From: Vitrella brassicaformis CCMP3155
Lineage: Eukaryota > Protista > Chromerida
Reading direction: 5' to 3'
NCBI GenBank assembly: GCA_001179505.1
Contig: CDMY01000993.1
Span: 1 to 6,889 of the forward strand
Length of the DNA stretch: 6,889 nucleotides
Below the pieces are notes generated by a model, which saw only the letters and a program-made list of their open reading frames with translations, did no database searches and was not told where the DNA came from. Below are positions 6,808 through 6,889 of the stretch, in pieces. The position numbers and the translations under genes were made by a program. Position 1 is the stretch's first letter, and each line of letters begins with the position of its first letter.

Positions 6808-6880
6808 GGTGTACGTATACCTTATGGAGGGTACACATTCGTACAAATACATGTTTACGTACACCTCCCTCGTCGGCTTG
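6808..6880. mobile_element. Internally deleted, doubly truncated derivative of the 1223-1590 element
   Basis: 6808-6825 equals 1276-1293 (18/18) and 6827-6880 equals 1500-1553 (53/54). The equivalent of 1294-1499 is absent. Confidence 0.85.
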
Positions 6881-6889
6881 TCCATGGAG

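Noticed and set aside
1-6889. CRISPR array, rRNA, telomeric repeat, or recognisable transposase/TnpB/Fanzor gene
   Set aside because: No regularly spaced repeat-spacer series, rRNA signature, telomere tract or catalytic motif was seen.

Overview
Gene-poor, eukaryote-like DNA: (GAAT)n and (ATTG)n tracts, pyrimidine/TG-rich intron-like stretches, no operon-like gene density. The style recalls protist (e.g. chromerid/alveolate) genomes, but that is only an impression. The window is organised by nested repeats. (1) Long direct repeats at ~360-1222 and ~5955-6807 (offset ~5.6 kb, roughly 85% identical) start with an almost invariant hairpin-forming head followed by T7 and are built from a ~126-bp monomer; a third, inverted copy occupies 1-362. 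(2) A 368-bp non-coding element with ~70-bp TIRs containing GC hairpins sits at 1223-1590, with a near-identical deleted derivative at 6808-6880. (3) The only convincing CDS, an unrecognised intronless 179-aa ORF (3044-3583, minus strand), lies between two 95-bp direct repeats whose central ~48-bp hairpin core is inverted in one copy relative to the other. (4) A probable decayed ORF lies at ~5240-5836. No transposase, RT, integrase, rRNA, tRNA or CRISPR array could be supported. All identities and alignments are hand counts.
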